Shown here: positions 52,534-64,000 of the stretch, piece after piece
How positions within the stretch are numbered: the first letter of the stretch is position 1
How the letters are laid out: the number at the start of each line of letters is the position of its first letter
Origin: Octopus vulgaris
Taxonomy: Eukaryota
Direction of reading: 5' to 3'
Assembly: GCA_951406725.2 (NCBI GenBank)
Contig: OX597826.1
Coordinates: 14,942,001 to 15,006,000 of the forward strand
Length of the DNA: 64,000 bases
Made by a program: the position numbers and the translations under genes
The notes under the pieces: generated by a model
Databases searched by the model: none
What the model saw: the letters and a program-made list of their open reading frames with translations, nothing else
What the model was told of the DNA's origin: nothing

Positions 52534-52920
52534 GCGCAGGAGTGGCTGTGTGGTAAGAAGCCTGCTTACCAACCAAATGGTTCTGGGTTCATTCACACTG
52601 CGTAGCACTTTGGGCAAGTGTCTTTTACTACAGCCTCGGGCCGACCAAAGCCTCGAGTTGATTTGGTAGACGGAAACTGAAGGAAGCCAGTCGTATATAT
52701 ATATATATATATTTGTGTCTGTGTTTGTCCTCCCACCATCACTTAACAACCGATGGTTGTGTGTTTACGTCCACGTAACTTAGCGGTTCGGCCAAAGAGA
52801 CCGATAGAATAAGTACTAGGCTTCTAAAGAATAAGTCCTGGGGCCGATTTGCCTGACTAAAAGGCGGTGCTCCAGCATGGCCGCAGTCAAATGACTGAAA
52901 CAAGTAAAAGAGTAAAGAGT
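52534..52920 (+). mobile_element. SINE family 2, full length
   Basis: GCGCAGGAGTGGCTGTGTGGTAAG head through AAGTAAAAGAGTAAAGAG tail. Confidence 0.85.
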
Positions 52921-53476
52921 TTGAAGTTTTTTAAACTGTCAACAGACTATTTTTTTTTTAAATATAGTTCTGGGGTATATTGTTGTCGAAAATCTCACTC
53001 ATTTTTCTTTCTTTCGTTTTTTTCAATCCCTAGAATGTACAAAACATCGATATGTTTGTCCCTATATGAACGGCATGCACGAACCCATCATGTGGTCTCT
53101 CAACCTACTAGGAAGAGCAACCAAATTTCCAAGTGATAAGAAGAAACTTAACAAGATCCTATTCCATTATTCTTCATTAATCTCTATCTGCGGGACTAGC
53201 ATTTTCATACAAACACACTGTTAAAAAGTTTCTGATCAGATCCAAGGTCTACGATATAACACTTCACCAACTCAACAACATTTTCAGTTTAATAGGCAAA
53301 TCACTCTTTCTGTACAACTCGCACTTAATAATTCCGTTTTTCTTGAAGAGGGAATAAAAATAGAGATTTTATTGCTGCTGGGGAAATAGGGAATGTGTTC
53401 AACGTAAGAGAATGAATAAAATGCATGCTGCTTCACCGGTCCGTTTATCTAATGGTTATTTATTTTCTGAAAATAA

Positions 53477-53697
53477 GGTGGCGAGCTGGCAGAAACGTTA
53501 GCACGCCGGGCGAAATGCGTAGCCGTATTTCGTCTGCCGTTACGTTCTGAGTTCAAATTCCGCCGAGGTTGACTTTACCTTTCATCCTTTCGGGGTCAAT
53601 AAATTAAGTACCAGTTATGCACTGGGGTCGATGTAATCGATTTAATCCGTCTGTCTGTCCCCTCTGTGTTTAGCCCCTTATGGGTTGTAAAGAAATA
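53477..53697 (+). mobile_element. SINE family 1 with 18-bp TSD
   Basis: GGTTATTTATTTTCTGAA flanks both sides (53454-53471 and 53698-53715). Confidence 0.85.
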
Positions 53698-55658
53698 GGT
53701 TATTTATTTTCTGAACATCATAAATTTGGGTTCCAGTATTTCTATAAATATGAGGCTCGGTATATCGAAGCACAAAAATAAATAAACATTATTCGTACTT
53801 GTGGCGTTGTTACAATGACTACACAATCTGTGATGTAATTATGACTTCATATTAAAATCAGTCTAAGTCCTTAATATTTGATTTTTATCTGGTTGGGTCA
53901 TGGCGCGGCATGTGTTATTGAAGACTTAGAAAAACCCGTTAGGTATGCTATTGCATCCATCATAAAACGCGGAGGAAATATTCTCAGTGAAAGACACGAA
54001 CTTAACGTTTTCTCTGACTTGCAAGGTAGTGAAAACCGTTCGATGGACCCAGGTGTCAACAACGGAACTATTCAGTCTTTAACAGATTACAACAGACACG
54101 TACTATCTGATTAAAGGCGGATACGAGCGAGATGTTAGTAATATTTGAGCAGCTAATTAAGGTGAGCGTTGGACTTCAAAGCCTTGATGAGCTGGGCATT
54201 TCTAAAACCCCCAATAACAGTCGTAGCTGAGTAGTTGCAGGCAAAGAAAATTGGCGGATTTAAATGGACTACTCTACGAGTATTATTTTGTCAGACTTCT
54301 TCGCTATTGTTGCGGCTGATATCAAAAGCAACTCGTATCTTTTCCAAGTGTTCAAAACTAGAAGTGGAGAAATATCGTAGACTTAGTCTTGTAACTGCTA
54401 AATGTAAATATCGGGCCAAATTGTCACCCTGTCTCCCTATGTTTAAGGTATGTATGTTTATCAAATGTGTTACATGACTGCCGATGTTTTGAAGAATACA
54501 CTATTTGTTGATAAAGATTACTTGGCACTTGTGTAATCGCATTCGAAAAATTATGGGAATAAAAAATTCTTCTGAAAATTGTTTTGAAAGAAGTACTGTG
54601 CCGTTACTTCGTACTGAGACGCGTGAAGAACATCGTTTGTTCTCTGAATATTACGACATCAATTATAGAGAACAGTGGCCAGGTACTTCGTCGCCAGATA
54701 CATAAATTTATTTTACTATAGAGAAAAAGAAAACGTAGAGAATAATAAGCCAAATGAGCGATAAGCCCAGACCCTATGTGCAGGTCCGGTTGCCTGCCAA
54801 GCTAATGGTATAAATTGCCTGCCTCTTTATTTACAAGGAAGAATAAGCGCTTTCTTCTTATAAGGTGTTTATGATGGAAATGTTGTGGACAAGATTGAGA
54901 ATCAGAGCTTTTCTTCCTTCCAGCCAATCTGTTCGTGAACATCTTCAAATATTAATTGATCAAGAAGTTGAGGATCTCTAAGAAATGGTAGATATCAATG
55001 TAAACAATGTTTGGCCTGTTTAAAGTGTTCTAATCTGAACACGTGGCTGCAGACTTGATACCATAACCAAGAGAGGATACTTTTGGTAGTCAGAATAATT
55101 CGTGCTCTATGGAGTTTCCGTGATTAGTCCTGAACGTAAAAAAACACAATGGCTTCTAATTTTCGTTTCTTCTTGTGTCATCCTTGTGGATATAAAAGAA
55201 ACCATCAGTATTATACTTACGCGTTCTTTTATTGTTTTATTCAGCCTAAGTTACTTAGACTATGAATAACCAACTTGATAAATTATTTTATGTATAAATG
55301 GGTGAGTATTCCGCACACCTGTACTCTAATATATTTCACAAGCCCTATCAGCGTGACAGTCTATGACATGACTGAACGTTTGAATTACAGGTATAACCCA
55401 TCCAACAGGCTTCCGTGTAATTTCCACATGCGCCTAGTTTCATTCACAAAGTTTCAATCAGCTGGAAGACCTTAAAAAGACACCGTCCCAAAACGCAAAC
55501 AATGGGATTGATCTTATAACCACATGAGTTCAAAGCAAATTCCTTCATCACTCAATATGTCACTAGTACTTATTACTTATGTATTTATGTGTGCATATAT
55601 GTTCTATAAGTACATATGTGACTGTGTGTACAAAGTACAAATACACGTGCTTTCGTAC

Positions 55659-55694
<36 letters not shown>

Positions 55695-55949
55695 ATTTAA
55701 AGGGCAAAAACCACTAGGTGGTCAGCCTTTTTGCCCTTTAAATATACACATGTATTAGAATTTTCTCTGATTTTTCAGATTTTTGTATGCTAGGCTACTG
55801 GTTTTAAATTGATATTAATTAAATTAATATTAAATTTATCTCCCTCATTATTTAATTATATATATATATATATATATATACCATATACTCAAATGCTAAG
55901 ATACAAAAATATCCAAGTATAATTATGATGCTTGTTCATGAGTTTAAGC

Positions 55950-56224
55950 TAGTGGTTCCCGAAGTGGGTATTACTGTCACATTCTAGGGGCGGTGGAAAG
56001 ATCCGGAAGACGGGCGTTGAAGAAAAGTGGGGTGATAATGTGGTGGCCAAAAGTGGGCGATGAATGTAGAAACAACAAATGGGTTAATCGGGTCAAGTCT
56101 CAGGGAAATACAATCGTTTTGAATTTGCTGCAGAAAGCGGTTTACATTTGTGAGGAGTGGTGGCGCTAGGAGTGTTGTCTGGGTGCCAAGGGGGTGGCAA
56201 ACTGAAAAAGTTTGGGAACCACTG
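55950..56224. mobile_element. hAT-type MITE
   Basis: TIR TAGTGGTTCCCGAA / TTTGGGAACCACTG; 8-bp TSD GTTTAAGC/GTTTAGGC. Confidence 0.8.
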
Positions 56225-58921
56225 GTTTAGGCTTTCAATATCAACAACCCTGTACGGTTTTCAGTTTGGTAATTCTTTTTTCAATCTGTATGACCAACTG
56301 CTCGGTTACGCAGCACACCACATACGACATCAGGTTTTAGGCCAGTGCAGACATAACAGACATACACACACAAAGCGACAGCCTGCTGAGGCGTTTCAGC
56401 TCAATTTCCACCCACCAAAGTATTATTGTTTAAACATGAGGTCATGGTAGGAAACATTTGTCCCAAGCATGAAGTTGCAAACCGAACTTTTTAACCAGAC
56501 AGCTATACATGGCTTTTCCCAAATAGATTAGCGAATACAATGAATCAGTTGAAAATGGCGACTGAAACTAGATTCAGAATAGTTTGTGTCAATCACAAAG
56601 AATGATGAAAGGAACAGTAATGATCCAATAAAAAACATATTATAATGATAATTAAAAACAATATAAACACAAATTTATTAAAAATATTTTATTTTTTTAC
56701 GTCTTAATTTATTTATTTAGAATATAGCGATTGCGTTACTGGAGTTATGTTCTTCTTAAGGATGGTAACAAACAGAAACAAATACACAATTTAAAAGAAA
56801 AATGTTTTTAAATGTTTGCGACTGATACCCATATAAACGTTTGTCTACAAAATAGCATTTTATGATAGAGACTCACATATATATACATAAATATATAACA
56901 TGGTTGGGTAAATAAATTACATACAGAAAAAAAAAGGAACAACAACGAAACATACAGGCCGTGTTCTTCACCGTATCACAGTAATTCAGGCGAAAAAAAA
57001 AAACTTACTGTGCATCAGACAGTATACTCACACTGCTTCTTCTTATTCTACTCAGCAACTTACTAAGGATATACTAAACTTCGACATTTTCTCAATTAAA
57101 TTGCAAACCGTAGTTGAATAAATAAAATGGGTTACAAGGTCACTGGATTAAACACCCTTTCAAACAAAGATGAATGTTTGCTAACGATGGTCACAGCATT
57201 AGGATCCCTTATTTTGTGAACAAGAAAATACACCGTTACAGGGGGCGAAGTGAAGTTTACGACTAAATGTTTCATTTCGAAGCTGGGGTCAGTTTTGTAC
57301 CTCACTAATGTCTTAGACATGACATCATACCATCACATGTTTATTATCCTCTAGAAAATACGAGATCTTAACCACTTCACGTAGATTTTCTTTTTTAAGA
57401 GGCCAGTGTGTGACTTGAGGTAAATTTATCTTATTTCTATTGACTTGATAGACCCGTGCATTGTATGAACTTAAGCAAGAGGGTACACTGCTCTAGCTAC
57501 TTTAGCCCTTTAGCGTTCAAATTAATATGTCATAAGTAATTCTTATTCATTTACATTTTAAAAAATTGATCTGGTATTATCTTGTATCTTCAAGATTTGA
57601 AAGATGTAATTGTTTATTTTTAGAATTACATTGCAGGGTAAGTGTGAGATACTGATTCTGGCTAGTTTGAGCATAAAACGAGTAGAATATTCGGGCTGGA
57701 TATAGCCGGTTTAAACACTGGCTACTTTACAGAAGTTAAACTATCGCTTTAACATTAAAAAAGACAAGAGCTGATACAGGCAATCGGTGGGTTACTGAAT
57801 TTAGCATGCTACTGTGAGAGCAAAATATTGGTAATCACTCGAGTAGTTCTAAAATGTTTGTATACGTAAGAGCTGCTTCGTACCAGATGTGTGAACAGTA
57901 TTCAACGTAGGTCCCGAAATTTATAGAAAGTCAGCAATAGCTATACTGATATGTGATCAGCATAAAAGCGAACCAGGGACTTTGAAGGAGAAGACGGTCC
58001 TCAGAATTGAAGAGATCAGCGCGTCTTTTCAAAGAAGTGTCGCACTGATAACCAGGAACGTCTTGGCTCTTCAGGGCCTGAACTGACGTACCAGGAGAAA
58101 TACACCACTGCAAACCAAGGTTGAATTGGTACTTTTTTATTATACTAATGACTCCGTCTTAGTGCCATAGAATATCACAAGACTGTCATATCTCTAGCTT
58201 AGGAAGATTTTCAGGGTCTATGTTTATAGAAGTTAACATAGATTAGTGGATTGTGTCCAATTACGTATATTTAGAGGAAATGTTATTTACTTTGCAGTAC
58301 AAAAAACAGCAATGACTGAGTGTAGTGGTTATTAAGCAAGGGCCTGGGGGAGTTGGACACAACCAAGGTGACTAGAGTGTGAGAGACGAATGGGTCGGGA
58401 GTATCTGAGCTGAGGTATTGTAAGACAAGCCTAATCCGAAGAGAGCAGGAGTGAGCATAGTTGCAGTAGAAAACAGTGAGAGAAAGAAGACCGCTCGCCT
58501 GAAGAAGAGAGTCTGGAGTGTGTCTGGGTAACATTTACATAAGAATGTGTGTGGTAAATAGTTGCAAGTGGTATAAACCGAAGTTTGAGGTGCACCAAAT
58601 TCGACATATGAGCTGAAGATGCCAATTAAAGCATAATTTAATGGAATAGCCTTAGGCTATATACAAATAGCCGAAAAAAATATCAGGTATTCTTAGTTAT
58701 CACAACCGTAAAAGAAAAAATAATATTTAAAAAAGTGGAAAAAATAAAACTTTTAAAGAAATTATCAATGTAATTTCTAAGTTTGTGTTTTGTAATATCA
58801 AAGGTATCATATTCTAGTTTCATTCTTAATGGAACTAGAAGTGTATCGAGTTAGTGTTTCTGGCTACTTGGACATGCATCAAGAGAATTGAATAATCTAC
58901 ATCACGGTACAATTTCAAAAT

Positions 58922-59247
58922 CTATACAATGACCGATTCATCACAAGAATTTCGACTTCTTGGAGAATCTTGTGGAGATGGTAAGGAACTAGATAAAAGT
59001 AAAGAATCTTTTGGTTCTAGTTTCACCGAAACATCACGAGTTGCTTGCCTTTGTCGTAGTTTTCTGTCTTTGGCACGTCTGTTTTGAAACCATATCTTAA
59101 TCTGCCTTTGAGATAATCCTAATTCCTGGGCCAGTTCAGCTTTACGGACAACATCGATGTAGACGTTATAGTGGAACTCTTTTTCCAATTCAAGTCGCTG
59201 ATGATCTGTGTACACACTCCGGTATTTGTCCTTCGTCCGTGTTCTGC
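58922..59247 (-). CDS. Cdx: Terminal coding exon of a Cdx/caudal ParaHox homeobox gene
   Basis: After acceptor TTGTAG (phase 1) the frame reads [27 protein letters not shown]...[15 protein letters not shown]; TRTKDKYR and [13 protein letters not shown] are Cdx-diagnostic; stop at 58922. Confidence 0.93.
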
Positions 59248-59257
59248 CTACAATTAG

Positions 59258-59316
59258 ATAACAACAACAATAATAAAGCTAATAATAATAACAAAATAAT
59301 AATAATAATAATAATG

Positions 59317-59353
<37 letters not shown>

Positions 59354-59378
59354 TGATGATGATGATGATAATAATAAC
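59258..59378. repeat. (AAC)/(AAT)/(GAT) microsatellite next to the Cdx splice acceptor
   Basis: Read directly. Confidence 0.9.
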
Positions 59379-59854
59379 TATGGTTTCAGATTTTGACACC
59401 GGGTCTGTATATTTGGGGTGGTGATGGGGAGACAATTATATCGACCCCAGTACTTGAATGGTACTTATCTTCTAAGACCCCGAAAATATGAAAGGGGAAA
59501 TCGACCTCGGAACATGAAGACGGACAAAATGCCACTGAGCATCTCCCTCAGCATGCCAACGATTCTGTCCCCTAACACCTCAACAAGAATAAGAACAACA
59601 ACAACAGTAGCAGCAACAATAATGATCTTTACTACTAGAGACACAAGTTCGGAAATTTGTGGGTAGGAAGCTAGTCGATTACACTGATCCCCAGTGCTAG
59701 ACTGGTATTTATTTTATCGAAATTTACCCCGAAAGGATGAAAGCTGACCTCGGCAGATTTGAACTCAGAACGTGAAGACGGACGAAATATCGCTAAGCAA
59801 TTTGTCCGGTATGCTATCATAACGATTCTGCCTGCTAACCACCTTTCTGCCAGC

Positions 59855-60420
59855 AATCATGTCTTAATTGAATGCAGTAAGCTAGCAGGAAAAGAGTATC
59901 AGCGCAGGCATGACAATGTAGGTAAAAACTGCATTGGGATGTCAGCCGAGAGTGTGGTTTCGAAATAAAACAGAAAAGTGGTATGAACACGAACGAAAGG
60001 ACAAAGCCCTGATAAAGAATAAGATTTTAAAGGATTTTATAGGACTTGCCCAAACAGAATAACCGTACTAATGATGTACGTAATGAGACTAGATACAATT
60101 ACTGACAAAAGCAACATTAAATGTAAGACCATAGGCATAAGAAAAACATGTGATAACAGTGTTGATACTAAAGAGATATCTGGACCAAACTAGAGATTTG
60201 AAGCGATTGCAGAAAAATAAGATAGCAATTATTCATGTGACATGTGGTGTACTTGACAAAACACACAAAATGCTACTAAGAAACTGAAGTATACTGGAAT
60301 TGAGACTTCCATTGTCGACCAGCAGAAAAGTGCAGTACAGCATTCTGCAAGAATCTTAAGAAAGATACTTAAGGTTTGAGAAGACTTACCCATATAGATC
60401 GTAATTAACAATAATAAAAA
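59855..60420 (+). pseudogene. R4/Dong-like 3' fragment in the Cdx intron
   Basis: HVLIECSKLAGKEYQRRHDNVGK matches the CCHC/RHD region preceding an RLE nuclease; QQKSAVQHSARILRKIL C-terminus. Confidence 0.7.
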
Positions 60421-60594
60421 TCCATTCTGCTATAGACACAAGGCCTGGAGGAGGGGGCCAGTCGATTTCGAAAGGACGAAAGGTAAAGTCGACTTTGGCG
60501 GAATTTGAACTCAGAATGTAAAGACAGACGACATAACGCTAAGCATTTTGGCCGACGTCCTAACGATTCTGCCAACCAGCTCTCCACCTTAGTA

Positions 60595-60681
<87 letters not shown>

Positions 60682-60685
<4 letters not shown>

Positions 60686-61235
60686 CAGATTCGTGGGGAA
60701 CCCAGTGGAAATCACGGCATACAAAGAGCAAAGACGTGGTATCAGCAAACGCCAGATGAGGTCCCCGAAAATGAAAATTGCAAAATCCTGTGGGATGCAA
60801 TGATCTAGTGCGATCACCTGACCAGACATAAGAAACTGGACATTGTTGTGGTGAATAAAAAACAAAGAACATGTATGATAACAGGCATAGTATGCCCCGG
60901 TGACAACAGGATCAATGTAATAGAGGAAGAAAATATAAACAACTATGACAATTTTAAGAAGGAAATATGAAGGTCGTGGTCAATGAAGAGAGTAGATGTG
61001 ACAGCAATAAAAGTTGGTGCACTTATCAGCACTCAATTACCAGCATGGTTGAAAAAGATCGGTGCAAGTGTGAAGATAGAGCACCTACAAAAACTAGCAT
61101 TGCTTGGAAGTGCAAGAATTCTTTGTCAGATTCTTGAAGTATGACAGGTAAAACATGTGTTACCTTAGTCTGCTGACTGTGGTCAGCGAACACTTCCCAT
61201 CATACCCAGCAATATAAGCTATGAATTTTAATACA
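60682..61235 (+). pseudogene. Second R4/Dong-like 3' fragment (RLE nuclease), directly after (AAT)n
   Basis: ENENCKILWD...KLDIVVVNKKQRTCMITGIVCPGD...LQKLALLGSARIL; starts at the end of the (GAT)/(AAT) run at 60593-60681. Confidence 0.75.
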
Positions 61236-61242
61236 ATAATAA

Positions 61243-61655
61243 TTATTTCTTTATTGCCCACAGGGGGATAAACATAGAGGGGACAAACAAGGACTAAGCG
61301 TTTAAGTGGATTACATCGACCCCAATGCGTAACTGGTACTGATTTAATCGACCCTGAAAGGATGAAAGGCAAAGTCGACCTTGGCGGAATTTGAACTCAG
61401 AACGTAACGGCAGACGAAATACCTCTTTCTTTACTACCCGCAAGGGGCTAAACGCAGAGAGGACAAACAAGGACAGACATAGTTTTAAGTCGATTATATC
61501 GACCCCAGTGCGTAACTGGTACTTATTTAATCGACCCCGAAAGGATGAAAGGCAAAGTCGACCTCGGCGGAATTTGAACTCAGAACGTAGCGGCAGACGA
61601 AATACCGCTAAGCACTTCGCCCGGCGTGCTAACGTTTCTGCCAGCTCGCTGCCCT
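61243..61655 (-). mobile_element. SINE family 1 dimer
   Basis: Two tandem units on the minus strand; the outer tail ends GGGCAATAAAGAAATAATTATTATT. Confidence 0.85.
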
Positions 61656-63337
61656 AACAACAACAACAGTTTCAAAGTTTCGGCAATGACCAGCAATTTT
61701 AGGGGAATCGGGTTATTCGATCACATCAATCCCTGAACTCGACAGTTACATTATTTTATCAGCTCCGAAAGGAAGAAAAGCAAAGCAGACCTTAGCTGGA
61801 CTTGAACTCAAAACATGATTAAATAACGATTCTATCATCAATTACCACCTAACTTAAAAACATCAAAGCTTAAATTCCAGATATCTACTGGTTTTGTCAT
61901 CCACCCCACTAATAATTATTTCACATTTTGGCACAAGGCCAGTAATTTCAAGGGAAGGTGTAAGTCGATTACCCAGTATTCAATTGGTATTTGTTTTATC
62001 GACTCCCTAAAGGATGAAAAGCAACGTCGACCTCGGCAGCGGACTTTGAACTCAGAACGTGAAGACGGATGAAATGCAGCTAAGCATTTTGTCCGGCGTG
62101 CTAACGATCCAACCGGTACGCCGTCCTCTCTACTACCCTAATAATGACCTTTAGTGGAAAGCGCTATGATGGAGTAAACCTATTCAGAGTGAGTGCGATT
62201 GGATTTGAACTCAGAATGTAAAGACAACGTAGCTAAACGTAGCACTCTACCACCCTTCCTAAAAATAGCATTACAGATGGTGTAGTCGACAGATACACTC
62301 CATATAATTAACGAGTGTCCTTAGTGTACAGTACTAAACTGAAAAAATCCTTAGCGATCGAAGTTGTACGGAGAAAGAAGAGATGTTGCAACAACAAAAA
62401 TAACAAAAACAATCACAACAAACCACAATACAACTGTCAAATATTTTGCTCTATATTGACAGCTAAAGACGAACGCACTAAATGACCCTTCTCCTTAAGT
62501 CACATGACCTTGTCTGATATTCAGTGATTTTTTTCCCTACCACTCGTCATATTAGCCTTTTCATAATCTTAATAATTCCCTCTTCCCATTCACACACTGC
62601 GCATGTACTACTACCATAACCCCTCTCACGTGTAGACTGAAGACTCATACAGACGCAAACAAGTACACACACTCAAGTTGCTAGGATACGGTAACTTCTT
62701 GTAATCCAAACGCAGCGCACCTGCTTCCAAAATTATGGTGACAGAACGTTAAATGAGAGAGTAAGGAAGAAAAACTGGACAAAAACACTGACAACGAATT
62801 GGAGAGTAGCAGCAAGAACTACGATAACAGCACGACAATAGCTATAGCTCTTGCGGTTTGACAGCAAACATAAAAAAAAGACTTAAGTTGTTCAATGATA
62901 ACCAGCAATTAAATCCCTTTCTTAAACAGATTATTACTAATATTATTGAGTCAGACTGATAACATACAAACGTAAATACACGTATACTCATTGACAAGTC
63001 ACATATACAAAAAAAAAAATACACGTTCACACACATACACACACACACATAACACAAACATATACATACACGCATATTACACTTGGCCAAGAATTTTCTA
63101 AACTCTATCTGTTTCCCATATCATTTTGGAGACGTATACGTCTACACAACGCTGTTAAGACCAAATTGAGAAGTAAATGTATCAATAGCAGCCTCCTCTC
63201 CGAAATAGAGGAACCATTTTCCCAGTTGATATTCTAGAGTTTTTGAAATTATCTCCCCTTTTCATCCTCTTTCAGAATTGTTAATTATTTTTGTCTGGTG
63301 TGCATGTGTGGGGGAGAGGAGTGTTTAAGTGTACAGG

Positions 63338-63383
<46 letters not shown>

Positions 63384-63404
63384 TATGCAGGAGTAACTGT
63401 GTGA

Positions 63405-63638
63405 AGGCGGCGAGCGGGCAGAAACGTTAGCACGCCGGTCGAAATGCGTAGCCGTATTTCGTCTGCCTCTACGTTCTGAGTTCAAATTCCGCCGAGGTCG
63501 ACTTTGCCTTTCATCCTTTCAGGGTCGATTAAATAAGTACCAGTTACGCACTGGAGTCGATATAATCGACTTAATCCGTTTGTCTGTCCTTGTTTGTCCC
63601 CTCTGTGTTTGGCCCCTTGTGGGTAGTAAAGAAATAGG
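63405..63638 (+). mobile_element. SINE family 1, full length, followed by a family 2 fragment (about 63655-63790)
   Basis: Complete head, core and tail CCCCTTGTGGGTAGTAAAGAAAT. Confidence 0.85.
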
Positions 63639-63960
63639 TATGATGCTTGCTTCTCAATCACATGTTTTCGGGTTTTGTTCCACTGCGTGGAGCCTTGGGT
63701 AAGTGTCTTCTACTAAAATCTCGGGGGTGACCAAAGCCCTGTGAGTAGATTTGGTAGACGGAAACTGGAAGAAGCCAATCGTATATATAAATTAATATAT
63801 GTGTTTGTTTGTGTGTGTGCGTGGGCGCGCGTGTGTAGTACATTTGATGGGATGAAACCATCCCCCAACGCGTATGCGAATTTGTTTGCCATATCGAGCG
63901 GAGTCAACCAAGTGGGTTAAGCGTCAGTTTTTTCTTTTGTTCATTCACTTGTATGTGTGT

Positions 63961-63996
<36 letters not shown>

Positions 63997-64000
63997 CGCA

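Noticed and set aside
59248-64000. Upstream Cdx exon with hexapeptide
   Set aside because: No YxWM-containing exon recognised; probably beyond the window

Overview
Repeat-saturated, microsatellite-rich animal DNA. The SINE families and repeat landscape suggest an octopus or other cephalopod; this is inference. One host gene piece is visible: the terminal homeobox exon of a Cdx/caudal-class ParaHox gene (minus strand, 58922-59247), whose upstream exon(s) were not found in the window. The dominant feature is a head-to-tail array of three young L1/Tx1-clade non-LTR retrotransposons (9407-22079, minus strand), each bounded by (ATT)n microsatellite: two full-length copies of about 5.85 kb and one internally deleted 0.93 kb copy. 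In the full-length copies ORF2 is bracketed, flush with its start and stop codons, by an imperfect inverted repeat that could close ORF2 into an RNA loop. Their 3' tail matches the tail of an abundant local tRNA-SINE. Also present: R4/Dong-like LINE remnants next to (TAA)n, Penelope-like remnants with several hammerhead-ribozyme-like motifs (one inside a perfect 374-bp palindrome), two GG-terminated 8-bp-TSD (Merlin-like) MITE families carrying telomere-like CCCTAA arrays, and decayed mariner, Tc1, hAT and Chapaev-like transposons. Boundaries of old repeats are approximate, and all family assignments are from motif recognition, not database searches.
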